The notes under the pieces: generated by a model
Told to the model about the DNA's origin: nothing
The model's database searches: none
The model's input: only the letters and a program-made list of their open reading frames with translations
Assembly: GCA_027490555.1 (NCBI GenBank)
Contig: JAIXXW010000300.1
Span: 1 to 41,464, forward strand
Length of the DNA: 41,464 nt
Source of the DNA: Comamonadaceae bacterium
GTDB taxonomy: Bacteria; Pseudomonadota; Gammaproteobacteria; Burkholderiales; Burkholderiaceae_C
Reading direction: 5' to 3'
In this document: positions 21,501 to 26,343 of the stretch, in pieces
Layout of the letters: each line of letters opens with the position of its first letter
Position numbering within the stretch: the first letter of the stretch is position 1
Position numbers and translations under genes: made by a program

Positions 21501-24125
21501 CGCACTTCGGGTGACTACCGCTTGCAGTCGGCCATCGTCAGCCAAGCCTCCAAAGGTGGTAACGACAGCATCCGTCTGGGTTCTGGTCAGATCTATGCTT
21601 TTGGTGGCGTGGGCAACGACCAGATCGACGTGTCCTCCAAAGTGGGTGATCAGGTTGTTGCTTTGGGTGATGCCGGTTATGCCCTGTTTGAGGTCGGCGC
21701 TTCGGCCGAATGGCTCAACCAGATTGGCACCGCCATGGAGACCATGGGTGGCAACGACATGTTGTCTGTGGGTGCGGGCCGCGTGATGGCGCTGGGTGGT
21801 GCAGGCCGCGACAGCATCGCATTGCGTGCTGCCGACAATGCACAACGTGTGGTCTTGGGCGACACGGGCCAGATCGACTTTGCAGGTGGTGAAGTGCGCT
21901 TGGTGCAATCCACTCAAGACGATGCAGATCCGCTGCTCAACGGTGATACGCTGACCTTGCCTTCGGACGGCCGGAACATGGTCATCGGTGGCGCTGGACC
22001 TGACACCTTGTCGGCCATTGTGAACGGCGCCAGCCGTTACATGCCTGGCTCGGGCATGCTCGAGAGCACCCAGACAGGTTCTTTGAAAGTGGTCAGTGTG
22101 ACCGTCCTGGGCAATCCTGGTGAATTTGGCATGCGCATTGACGCCGATGGTGTGGGTGACTTCCCAGCCATTGCAGAAGACTACGAGTTGGTGCGCCGTG
22201 ACCCAGCCGCTGGCCAAACCGACGCTGGCACCCAAACGTTGGCCTTGACCTTGTTTGGCGAGGGTGAAGTCACCGTGGGTCAGAAACTCACGGCCGATGG
22301 ACGGATTGCTTACCCATCTCTGCGCAGCGGCCTGGCCACATTCGACCCCGTGTTGCTGGTCGGTACTTATGGCACGCTGGAACTGCGCAAAGATGGTTCC
22401 TGGGCCTATGCCCTGGCACCGGGCAATGAAGTGGGTTATGACGCTGAAAGCACCGAACAGCAGCGTGAAACCTTCTATGTGCAAACGACCGATGGCAGTG
22501 TGACCACTGTGGTGGTGGACGTGAAAGGTGCAGCCAAACGCCTGGTCGACTGGACAACGCCGGATGCCGCCGAGGCCACCGGCTTGGCCAACGACATCCC
22601 CGGAGTGGTCAGCGTGGGCCATGTGAGCCTGGTCACTGGGGCCAGCTTCAATGGTCAAGCCATCACCGGTTTGCCGGTTGGCAAGCATGTGGGCGATTAC
22701 GGCGTACTCTCCATCGACAGGAATGGTGTTTACACCTACACCGTGGATGAAGCCAAGGCCGATGAATTGCCCGAGGGTGTGGAAGTGATGGACCGCTTCG
22801 ATCAAGTGACCTTCACCTACACCAATGCCGATGGCGAGAGCAGAGTGACCAGTGTTTCGGTCAAGGTGCTTGGTGGCAACGATCGTCCTGAAATCATGAT
22901 GGGTTCAGGCTCCAGCACTTACACCGTCAATGCAGCGACACCCCAGTCCGTTTCGGGCAGTGTCGAGTACAAAGACGTGGACCTGGGCGACGATCTGAAT
23001 TTGTCTTGGGTAGTTGCTGCGGTTGTGGATCAGCGTGGTGAGCCTTTGCCTTTGAACGACTCACAGCGTCAACTGCTGGTTTCGGCCTTCAGCGCACAAC
23101 GTGTGAACGACGCTGGGGTGCGTTTGGTGGGTGACATCAACTGGCGCTTTGCACCGACAGCCGCAACATTGGCCATGATCCCTGCTGGACAGACTGTGAG
23201 CATCCGCTTCGAGTTGGTCTTGCAAGACCAACTCCAAGCTGAGCACCGCATGGCTGTGACTGTGCAAGCCCAGGGCGCCAACGAATCCTCCACCTTTGGT
23301 GGTGATCTGAACGCGTTCATGCGTGCTTCTGACGGACGTCTGACGGGCACTGCCACAGTGGTCGATGCCGATCTGGACGAAGACAGATTTGTTGCGCAAA
23401 CGGTACAGGGCCAGTTTGGTGTCTTGACGCTGCAGGCCAATGGCGAGTGGGTGTATGTGCTCAACGATGGCGTGGTGGTGCCTCCAACAGCCACCATCAG
23501 TGATCGCTTCGAGCTGGCCACACGTGACGATGCAGGTCAGGGACAGCGTCCCGTGGTGACGGTGTTCATCAAGGGACCAGATCTCGCGATCAGCGCCTCT
23601 GGCAATGCGCCTGCTGTCTTGACTGCGCCAGCGCCTGCCATCGCAGCGCCGACCGCTGGAACACCTGCAGGTCCTGCTCAAGCACCCGCAAGTTCTCCCT
23701 TGCAGGTCGCACCACTGGGGGCTGCTCCCGTGGAGGTGATTCTGGGAAATCTGAACCCCAACACGGCACCGGCTGGTCTTGGCGTGACTTTGCCTGGCGC
23801 AGGTGAAAATTTGAAGCGGCCCGATTCACCGAATGACCCCGCTGCGCAGTCGTCGGAGCCTGCGACACAGACAGCACCGCAAGCGGTGCAGCCTCAAGCC
23901 GCTGTCACAATCCAGCCCGTCGAACAAGCCATCTCCGGGGAAGCTGCACAAGAGCAACCAGAGCAGGTGTCTTTGTTGGACCAGTTGACCGATATGGCCG
24001 ATTCCGGGTCTGCCGCTTTGTCCGTGATGGGCATGGCAGCAGCAGTGGCAATGGGCAAAGGTCAGCGCATTCAATGGCAAGCACAAAAAGGTACGCAGCC
24101 TTCGCGCCAGCGTATCCAATGGTAA
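3555..24125 (+). CDS. Giant (~6,856 aa) LEPR-XLL / DUF4347 / RTX-like / VCBS extracellular protein (putative adhesin or surface protein)
   Basis: Uninterrupted 20.6-kb ORF. ATG 3555 follows GGAG (3545-3548) and is preferred to the TTG at 3543. ALEPRVMLSA at 3672-3701; DUF4347-like VLFVDAGV...HVISHG...FLIYGC...LTGADVAAS...DWDLE; GGxGxD repeats ~17360-22010; VCBS-like GTYGTL..DGSWAY, GDYGVL..NGVYTY, GQFGVL..NGEWVY ~22250-23580. Confidence 0.93.
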   Translation: MPPHINDTTPAQRLRRLLGVKDKSHSRALKRHRHGVRVDALEPRVMLSAEWMALPGALDRHQTFLVEPNFHAEASNTTFMPLIDGLTRQEQETKSNEVLFVDAGVQDSQKLVSDLLASRNNGASPTFMDVVVLDAASDGLTQIGQWLSQRSDIRAVHVISHGSDGVLQIGNSLIDAQLLSERAADVAAWSGALTQDADFLIYGCDVAKTAQGQSMLDQLARLTGADVAASVDVTAGVAADWDLEFHTGLIEASALSALSYQPTLAIDAADLKLSNDDANMANDNSHVSLQEQWLTALNGLEAVIDQALSDALINQKLPGLNMSVNEMLRLDTASNTSEQWLDWQLAQAANAYFVAAANEGGADLAGLAEAIETRIKDLLLPTGTTQLPWVINVSAQVVDANGTPTARLTLDVSVLVNDSLPFAKGTAGQEGGIPTIANFDGTEMGSLSTRVSAVLLTRIDMAMANLASGAAGANFLYEGQANGTVAANLATRLVLERFDLGVQAKTGANAAQGFGYDLQAGVSARLRAADGSLGVTLADWLANGNSRLDIAHQSSLVGSAAAGTGSNDLTPLKTDTQGLIGVWQEGLLRAQTVNDIALTGQVRNAFNNILDAMSRLGSQIDGQAEFNVTLPMADLTYNQLLTLNDGRSLGDVLAFKLAGGGNVLTDYLARTNAPTLTGLLDRMRQYLSGSGDYSGLEAMMSAELAASFLSASGFTGQTATVRLNGTLSRQFMARFAFNGMLDDVSLAFALGQGVPMEQSVGIDMLWAVTLDNTTAQAQITSSTVEINTLTVNVDAVGSTVADAQYRTTSGNENRLNGMPAPAVNNLDAPVVIGMLDARLQGTLNFQTDTVVISVNGGNAMNIADIYSVAQINDSRADDIVSNDRNAFVSLGNSTRWNPQIENWAQHSWGGWYIASYGNWESGAPRVYASADLTLAGDLAGTPLSILAGATPRIVAFHDAYRDGSSSDSRYAYDWQTLRTVNSEALVLNKTGFAGLQKFAAINATDLTQLYGDVGYFLELLRKTDQFTTALPFTDVTLGQAVDFSALMNQLINTQFKEVVNSGVSGTSRVSPVLTRDLGFTLRLQREGDAFDTDVNVVIRAADTVGFNDVRQLAALIDKTVAQAMGGIMLYNADGDDVPPSGPSAQVTEQVTGGLSVANTVSHEVQKIKLYASSGEYRVSLNGTDWSAPIAVHGSTKALQNALESLPGVGKGNVLVTGIGKNLTVEFVGELDGRNMDLLRVNFESNATAGGWLDVIATDFQSSGTQLTGMLNFFESVPNTFSKLEIRPTAGVAIDPVQEGNASNDEIQRVTIVNGGGGSFTLSGSFKSKNFTTQAISLEGAGGWSSRIETALRAALVDADVSEEDSQLVSVLPAVISLPDGVQAFDVRFAEREDQSLMTADFSAMLGRSGIGFAAYQLQAAKPGVGDMPGTNEVQRLVFDNVRGGFFSLTLGLAEKFVQTNDIAWVAADQTRSEEDAATQMAQTLQTEIFKVLKQADSGLTSDQIEVVAVTGLAAGVRAFDVRFIGTQGFGFCNCELPGDTLYRGDLQGADMPQFEVNTYGLTATNARAGQQSLTGLGFGAGGAESQQGEITTFSSLMEVMGRVQTFVNAHLPEGTEFNIDPRYDVQTQSFMFDLQLTDERLQSVALSLPESVGDAAGGEGVSGLDAKGSLDLSTRAVFEATIGMDLRELLPFDVVASGVPVGIIRSSQLIEIPNVLSASTEFELWPTDIAFDLQVDNRSYAVNTGGGYVTGTRQTGPVGNQTTYYRTSLQGIVNRINAVLDATNLADSDPLYTQGFRQLGQLVNASIETLGSGRFAIKFTSNGSIERFGLTTSRDNLMAELLGFDTNNRVYVQAPTGTILPEDGVLSSDAHFSIVFDVNAPAVNVTVDRERTLNNTSRNDLIADINQVLATTSVSANAYLGQSGLGFSKLGELVKVQLTVKNSGTVDQVLLGFMTQSSRIASMDIRSGGFFDSASQELGLRDTQSAQTRGAEIFLQDARVSGQWQTKMYDLTPDDSTDANLKYEGEASLGMLALDFGSILVDSAGAFSFELRNPDEVPTSDRMVLNTLFDKVDLQSAQIGMGSAVTVKNKDVTLVLPIVEQGRLNTDVALKIEMGAGTDAPLTLDVAVRKASTVTNNGREDLAADVNAAIVAALRAALDERADDSAYDIYDVWLNDGGMPLFVTSESIAKPSMDLDLTNPALDDASRPIDVLVLKKVSVGSQAVSWKVTPSRLSSEIMTEIEFTGADGEGDPTAELTLGRLKANGWWLFEGGQENGEPSEAYALRDANTVVKLQVDNMAAVLAGDRPMALQSVIPPNGLGIYTPLKDVSWSRVADQLGALGDLFSDLGGMGANGVLAQALPMVNANLSEIFNFADAFAGVQDRLAAYKGLQLQDIKAMLMDVFGVTAEDILLNMETDSEGVTTALRIQLPFAVQVDVTDRFQWLLDPKLRALVANLQFDADGEEDTPETVTGAAFLANLLGAMTGMGDDKGKAPTRLVGTALFQLDFGIDLSGTWRDGTGTPIAYEDVATSTNTPVVFEGSERFGQVFLVDREETSIGREGTFLTLGLNSNTSGMTFDSNMGLFTARVNKGSLALDVDAVVRIDSQELQDPSDENSAEVTRTWLSDYNDLVNEATASSNARTRAVQEVATLVNTATTDAVTTTVMLPMAVANGVTELHLVDADGVSQGTLLLQAHDGLQDLLGQLAPEVQEQLSLSQADVLNLRLNTKVTSLAVLNAAEDGPQAWLDELGQLQVERGASFQLTYNFRTNAGLLQMATETIDWSEGSSLEDLSFALFQAINSAQTQDANVYSGPVLMVSLLGQNALVLRMPIDWTVQTQDVQTLLVDLSRDGRFGLTVDTPSTTATDVVLESVADASSDAVLEDLQAALDEAGVSELLSLQQVQLFALKMPNNVTMTGVQVQSLEDSASLNRAWFDANGGLNVTGGSDYRLSFQLSTRNDSNVVVVSDFTTDWIAADASASDITAALAAALDDSGDSYLATGNRALTVTAASEAVYLLRAASDVTVSAIKGRDLAQDEVDAYRADRLAVTLDGSLRVALPMSVMFSSGLAKLAEQAPEEMGLGNFVNPMPIGTLEAEFKDLGSWMAYKGGAAFTGTTEVGSDPNDTILSVYLAEAIPPDPNASGNGAGDPPVPEGTPVDQDYEDQLRQVQPDPYRILNSNGGGLVDGGGGNGGNNGGGTDNNTPDPDVFDISLTLPNFKHWQDVAAQLIALSGADGCDPDEPENPGLLMLLRDPAQVVDTIDQILEQIQVQLNNLFGDISLPFIQTQLAGAIGFIDELRVDLLGALREAIESTYKIYGGVDNALRMFMFDVLTTDMNGDWVIDSTDTEDPGYNLFLNFLRDFNGDGMVSADDIVIEYLLTADSEEDEGEEEEEGEGEDTGGEDTGGEDTGGEDTGGEDTGGEDTGGEDTGGEDTGGEDTGGEDTGGEDTGGEDTGGEDTGGEDTGGEEEEEEEEEEEYAVDMADLSWSAGRRAAWVTSGMNEALLSMVETDGSDYGDDFEGFIAQDDAEAEEPTPIEDAQAIFSVLQAQDYGDYKLLLKVPSLDAYGQLVLDEHGEPALTDVMTQELAFDADAQTIQQALILALSVALPGIQVTQDDVEVIELVNPDADPDSEDVPARMFAIRLAEALNEKFADYHAQMFVPVEEGAVYEPLGDEQILTAMLGIDYGDSCYTNSAGKVVLDASFDDSIEEMAGVWTGSTGQTDDEKEAAVRQSVRETVLEEAKAIQFRMNLGQTYEWAQNLSFDLGLDAIPLELSLSGELVLEVKWDVFLGFGLDLDEGFYLVTRSMDRAGIGAVTNINAPDGYSENEEDEHIANLWQIEEEEEEDEAISLNDFNMDSFLGLFETPEEDPELPETEEIIISANVFLRGLDSDGDGEEDTPASLSGRLLFLGGQLTDLWTDTIKNTEAEDVEVSEDMAWGEEGKGSRTQLYAFFKIDITDGTGGDDEEEAAADEEEDTGGDAGGDEAAGGEEAAGGDEAAGGDEAAGGDEAAGGDEAAGGDEADGGDAGGDDASADEEAPEFADDGRLTFAKFMEADLSDLFEISWKALAQVNLNAKLGLSVGAPLDFLPTVQTEFHLYWGMGSEEAEEDEKEDPKSQMAKLAEGLGFELPEGEEEPEYFDLFTDSPTIWFSDVRLDLGTFFTEFMMPVADRVFQVIGPLIPVIKALTTPIPGLSQLMGKDYTAVDLAVDMAKLFGGETKVEFIVAVVKMVRTLIDMYEDVSANGGNFAIPIAEVLVLSSAEDDEEGGGDGDDEGDGDDKPDVEEKGDKEEALSDEEKDLPEEGSAKETTDDLEDNADSPGSALAFPFLEDLFGTTIDLLLGNPVDLVTFTPPDLVVEVKFRFGAKIFYIFEVGIGGSLKFGARLTFGYDTFGIMKFLETKQVLDIFDGFYVSDNVVNGVDLPEIFLETKLGVYVGLDLGVVKIGIMGGIKLTGGINLCDPDKDGKIRPSEFIQMIQEDPAALVSVEVTLGAFILFYIEVLFLKFEFTIVDVVLFKWEYNPCDRQPILAVMDGTDLVFNTGSGIGAIDGNEGIRQTAEDRRYRNTDDGDEQYTLTGNDGDIRIDAVLPNGQAYNQSFSGVQRVRGYAGAGNDVFDASAINIPVYFVGGSGDDELIGGSGEDTLVGGTDSSLLQGNEGDDLLVARGGETTMKGQEGDDTYRMLPGWGEATIPTDSNGRNVIDFTAQQLGVTIDDAEHNAFQGDNTVSWTAATTVDQIWGGQGDDRLDFSGNEANLLVTVTGMSRNALNVNSYSQTLMDRDAGWTVDEKTNAGWVTNAATGMQQSGLAAGSEQRGVDDDEGFGFKFVGIENIIGGQGSDAFRIRDGASVTGSLHGDTATGLYHDSGTGNENANARNTIDFSEYTEGVRVDQENYSAFGVAGASRIVVRGMHNMFGGQVSDYLAGDGRNNLIVGNDGADTLEGRSAHDLLVADNFLTWMNVLPRPMNGTVVSSYIALEDVGQRADFGGDGRRWVWLGQSVENRSLTTAGQTLRGGTGNDMQMGALGSDLFNDGGTGEGNDTIVGDLGRMRVDFIYRTPLYVESFGRRGGGNDTINLGTGSNIVIAGAGDDTVSGNDKADSVNIVMGDNGAIKFQSVYANVGGTSNNWILRANLQDPDAPGYSNHMIEYIRAEQDEAPEDGRIDDVQVGQAGRDVINLSSGSGVVFGGWGADTITFGAKASVESNTRYIAGDHAEVIGDANGGIVAFRTLDTARANGGDDFIQVGDQNDSLGRDLGRNYVMGGMASDTVLISAGLDDAGVLRFGAASSEDVVVGDNGEMLRTESMVSAQLIPNLMLRLQTIQNDKGDGDQIALGHGTKVVLGGVDGDTIEALNGDHLVLGDNGRLDYDSVADNGVLRTVTTTDIVIGGDDLITLGEGYTLVAGGKGNDTIDVAATRAGDATGLAVRDEQGRLRYVAGVLGVAAVREVQRDPAIALDNSGRTGRFISGDNTLMSFDDQGGLIAMLTTDPIAATGGSDSIRIGMANTAAFDLGLQAVVGGMGNDRIEISRDGVSSDVILGDNGDYRRGTRTYGLTHVVSTRTEAGGSDSISTGAGDKIILGGFGTDVISAATLDNVNLSSGNGETTATRIDNRSIVMGDSGQVLFDLSGSGALSEITSIALAMGGNDLVSLGDGDITFVGGIGNDHLVVTPSNLDASAIRVALGDNATLRFAGITDKSAQAENLITAQTLDQTIATGGSDVMTVGRAGATMGQAILMGGMGADRLTVLGSTADSVMVGDNGLVNVVQVASTRSITGQQSMSWINHQSSNGVSMLTSVESLLPEQGTGDSLATVNGKAIMVGGAGADQISAGRGQGVVFGDGARISYADGALREAISFGLASGLGDQIELGAGSGADGHKVVVGGAGADTVTVSSTQGTNALPSLRTERVVAGDNATLGFDDQGRLVNMDTPDADIATSGDDALTVLISGVNVDLNADAVFMAGGLGNDRVVVNASGKTVTVASGDNLQVSRTSGDYRLQSAIVSQASKGGNDSIRLGSGQIYAFGGVGNDQIDVSSKVGDQVVALGDAGYALFEVGASAEWLNQIGTAMETMGGNDMLSVGAGRVMALGGAGRDSIALRAADNAQRVVLGDTGQIDFAGGEVRLVQSTQDDADPLLNGDTLTLPSDGRNMVIGGAGPDTLSAIVNGASRYMPGSGMLESTQTGSLKVVSVTVLGNPGEFGMRIDADGVGDFPAIAEDYELVRRDPAAGQTDAGTQTLALTLFGEGEVTVGQKLTADGRIAYPSLRSGLATFDPVLLVGTYGTLELRKDGSWAYALAPGNEVGYDAESTEQQRETFYVQTTDGSVTTVVVDVKGAAKRLVDWTTPDAAEATGLANDIPGVVSVGHVSLVTGASFNGQAITGLPVGKHVGDYGVLSIDRNGVYTYTVDEAKADELPEGVEVMDRFDQVTFTYTNADGESRVTSVSVKVLGGNDRPEIMMGSGSSTYTVNAATPQSVSGSVEYKDVDLGDDLNLSWVVAAVVDQRGEPLPLNDSQRQLLVSAFSAQRVNDAGVRLVGDINWRFAPTAATLAMIPAGQTVSIRFELVLQDQLQAEHRMAVTVQAQGANESSTFGGDLNAFMRASDGRLTGTATVVDADLDEDRFVAQTVQGQFGVLTLQANGEWVYVLNDGVVVPPTATISDRFELATRDDAGQGQRPVVTVFIKGPDLAISASGNAPAVLTAPAPAIAAPTAGTPAGPAQAPASSPLQVAPLGAAPVEVILGNLNPNTAPAGLGVTLPGAGENLKRPDSPNDPAAQSSEPATQTAPQAVQPQAAVTIQPVEQAISGEAAQEQPEQVSLLDQLTDMADSGSAALSVMGMAAAVAMGKGQRIQWQAQKGTQPSRQRIQW
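13740..13949 (+). repeat. 15-bp coding tandem repeat, 14 copies, encoding (EDTGG)14, followed by 11 Glu codons (13950-13982)
   Basis: Unit GARGACACSGGYGGY counted directly; all differences between copies are synonymous third positions. Confidence 0.97.
15495..15620 (+). repeat. 18-bp coding tandem repeat, 7 copies, encoding (GGDEAA)-like units
   Basis: Units GGDEAA, GGEEAA, 4x GGDEAA, GGDEAD; consensus ggtggagatgaagctgcc. Confidence 0.95.
17360..22010 (+). repeat. RTX-like (hemolysin-type Ca2+-binding) repeat region of the giant protein, mostly long GDNG...GGxD variant units
   Basis: GGSGDDELIGGSGEDTL, GNEGDDLL, GQEGDDTY, GNDGADTL, GGTGNDMQ, then many units of form xGDNG...GGxDxIxxGxGxxxxxGGxGxDxI. 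Boundaries approximate. Confidence 0.85.
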
Positions 24126-24148
24126 TTTTTTAAAGGAGAAAGTAGCCC

Positions 24149-24454
24149 ATGGCAAAAGATGAAATGAACCCGATCCCCGGCACCACGGGGGCGATTGTGC
24201 AACCCAAGATTGAGTGGGATGACACCACCTCGACAACACATTACGCCAACATTGGCAGTGTGATGGGCCGCCGTGAAGAAATGATCATGGTTTTTGGCAA
24301 TGCCGAAAGCTGGAAGCAAGGCAGTGAGTCGATCAACGTCAAGGTCACGAACCGTGTGGTCATGAACCCCTTCACGCTCAAGCGCTTTTCCAGAATCCTG
24401 TCTCAGGGTGTTGAACAGTACGAGAGCCGTTTTGGCGAAATCAAACTCGATTGA
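24149..24454 (+). CDS. DUF3467-family small protein (possible secretion chaperone)
   Basis: 101 aa with IEWDD...HYAN...REEMIMVFG...RVVMNPFTLKRFSRIL...YESRFGEI, matching the DUF3467 pattern as I recall it. Strong RBS AAGGAG at 24133-24138. Confidence 0.85.
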   Translation: MAKDEMNPIPGTTGAIVQPKIEWDDTTSTTHYANIGSVMGRREEMIMVFGNAESWKQGSESINVKVTNRVVMNPFTLKRFSRILSQGVEQYESRFGEIKLD

Positions 24455-24489
24455 TTTGAGTGAACTCCATCCGTCTGCGATATCTTTGA

Positions 24490-26343
24490 ATGACCGTTCA
24501 ATCTGCCAAAGCCCAAGATAACAAGGCGACTGTGTCGCCCTTGTCTGAATGGGACCACCTTCGTGAGCCACAAGATGTGAGCCGGCACAGCCATGCCTGG
24601 CTCCATCTGATGGTGGAGGGCATGGGAGGGCCGGATGCGGTCTTAGAGGGCGTCGTGGTATTGGGACAAGCCAACCTGGGGCCATACCAGCCTCAGGCCC
24701 AGTGGCCCAGGGTGCAACCGGTTTCTGACGCTTTGGCCAGGGCGGCAGAGCAGGCTTTGGCCATTCGGGCTTCGGTTCAGGTTCCGGGTACCGCCTTCAT
24801 TTGGGCAGTGCCTCTGATTTCGGATGGTGATTTGTACGGTGTTGTGGCCGTGCGTTTCAACTTGCCGGCCATGCCCCCTCGGGCAGTGGCCTGGATGCGT
24901 TGGGGGCAAGGTTGGCTGCTGGCCAATGCCATGCGAGTTCATCAAGCCCAGTCTTCTTTGCAGGAAGACCTGATGTTTTTGGTGGACACCATCATGTTGG
25001 CCATGTCGGGTGACGACCTGAGGATGACGGTGCAAGCCGTGTTGATCGAGGTGGCACACCGGCTGAACGCCGAACGCATTTCTGTCGGATTGGCAGAAAA
25101 TTCAGGCAATGCCAAGCTTTGGTCGATCTCCCATGTCGGAGATTTTTCTGGAAGGTTGTCCCTGACACGTGGCCTTGAGTCGGCCATGGACGAGTCATTG
25201 GACCAGGCATCTGCCATTGATTACAGCCAGCAAACTGGCCTCCTGGCCGACGGCCAGATGCTGATCACCCGAGCCCACAAAGACTATCTCCAGATGTCGG
25301 GCAGTGGTGTGGTTTTGAGTATTCCTCACGCTGTGGACGCCAAGCTGTCCATGGTTTTTGTATTTGAATGGGCCGACGAAGCCACCATCCAGAACCAGCG
25401 CCATCTGGCTGCCGGTTTGGTGCCTGTCATGGCCAAAGTTTTTGCCGAACGTCGCCAGGCGGATGTGTCTTGGTTACGCCGTTTGGTGAACGACACCCGG
25501 GACGCATTGGCTTGGGTTGTGGGCCCACGCCATGCATGGTTCAAGATTCTGGGCTTGGCGGTCATTGCGGCCCTGGTGGCCATGTCTTTGCTGCGAATGC
25601 CCCTGGAAGTGTCTGCCGATGCCCGACTGGAGGGCGCAGTGGTGCGTCAGATCCACGCGCCGTTTGATGGTTTTGTGTCGCAATCCTTCCTCAGGGCTGG
25701 ACAAGAGGTGCCCAAGGGCGGTGTTCTGGCTTTGTTGGATGACCGTGATCTGAAGCTGGAGGTGGAGCGCTGGAACAGCGAACAGGCCCAGTTCCGTAAC
25801 CAGTATCAAGATGCACAGGCTCAAAAAAATCTGGCCCAAGTCCAGATCAATCTGGCGCAAGGGCGGCAGGCCCAGGCACAGAAGTCTCTGTCTGAATCCA
25901 ACTTGAGCCGCTCCCGTGTCAGCTCGCCCATGGCGGGGATCATTGTGTCGGGAGATTTGTCACAGCAACTCGGTGCACCTGTGCAGAAAGGACAGTTGCT
26001 GTTTGAAGTGGCGCCGCTCAACGATTACCGTGTGGTGTTGCAAGTGAACGAGCGTGACATCGATTTGCTGGAAGTCGGGCAAGAGGGTCGATTGATGCTG
26101 ACCGCCTTAGCGGGCAAGGAGATCCCGCTCAAGATCACTCAGATCACGCCTGTGACCGAGGTTTTCGAGGGCAGCAACCGTTTCCGAGTCGAGGCTTCGG
26201 TAGAGCCAGGCGAAGAGACCCTGCGGCCTGGCATGAAAGGGATTGCACGCCTGGACACTGGCGAGGCCCGCATTGTGTGGGTTTGGTTGCGCGGGTTGGT
26301 TGAGTGGTCCCGCTTGACTTTGTGGAAATGGTGGGGTCTGTGA
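24490..26343 (+). CDS. GAF-like domain / HlyD-family membrane fusion protein fusion
   Basis: 617 aa. N-terminal ~340 aa with GAF-like segments (AVPLISDGDLYGVVAV; ESAMDESLDQ...VLSIP), one TM (WFKILGLAVIAALVAMSLL), barrel-sandwich halves IHAPFDGFV...GGVLALLD and VSSPMAGIIV, coiled hairpin, beta-barrel end LRPGMKG. Confidence 0.87.
   Translation: MTVQSAKAQDNKATVSPLSEWDHLREPQDVSRHSHAWLHLMVEGMGGPDAVLEGVVVLGQANLGPYQPQAQWPRVQPVSDALARAAEQALAIRASVQVPGTAFIWAVPLISDGDLYGVVAVRFNLPAMPPRAVAWMRWGQGWLLANAMRVHQAQSSLQEDLMFLVDTIMLAMSGDDLRMTVQAVLIEVAHRLNAERISVGLAENSGNAKLWSISHVGDFSGRLSLTRGLESAMDESLDQASAIDYSQQTGLLADGQMLITRAHKDYLQMSGSGVVLSIPHAVDAKLSMVFVFEWADEATIQNQRHLAAGLVPVMAKVFAERRQADVSWLRRLVNDTRDALAWVVGPRHAWFKILGLAVIAALVAMSLLRMPLEVSADARLEGAVVRQIHAPFDGFVSQSFLRAGQEVPKGGVLALLDDRDLKLEVERWNSEQAQFRNQYQDAQAQKNLAQVQINLAQGRQAQAQKSLSESNLSRSRVSSPMAGIIVSGDLSQQLGAPVQKGQLLFEVAPLNDYRVVLQVNERDIDLLEVGQEGRLMLTALAGKEIPLKITQITPVTEVFEGSNRFRVEASVEPGEETLRPGMKGIARLDTGEARIVWVWLRGLVEWSRLTLWKWWGL

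Noticed and set aside
3906-22805. Long minus-strand ORFs inside the giant gene (e.g. 3906-6479, 9321-11807, 15984-17951, 18360-20198, 21372-22805)
   Set aside because: Antisense shadows expected from high-GC codon bias; H/Q/R-rich translations with no recognisable motifs, fully overlapping a well-supported gene.
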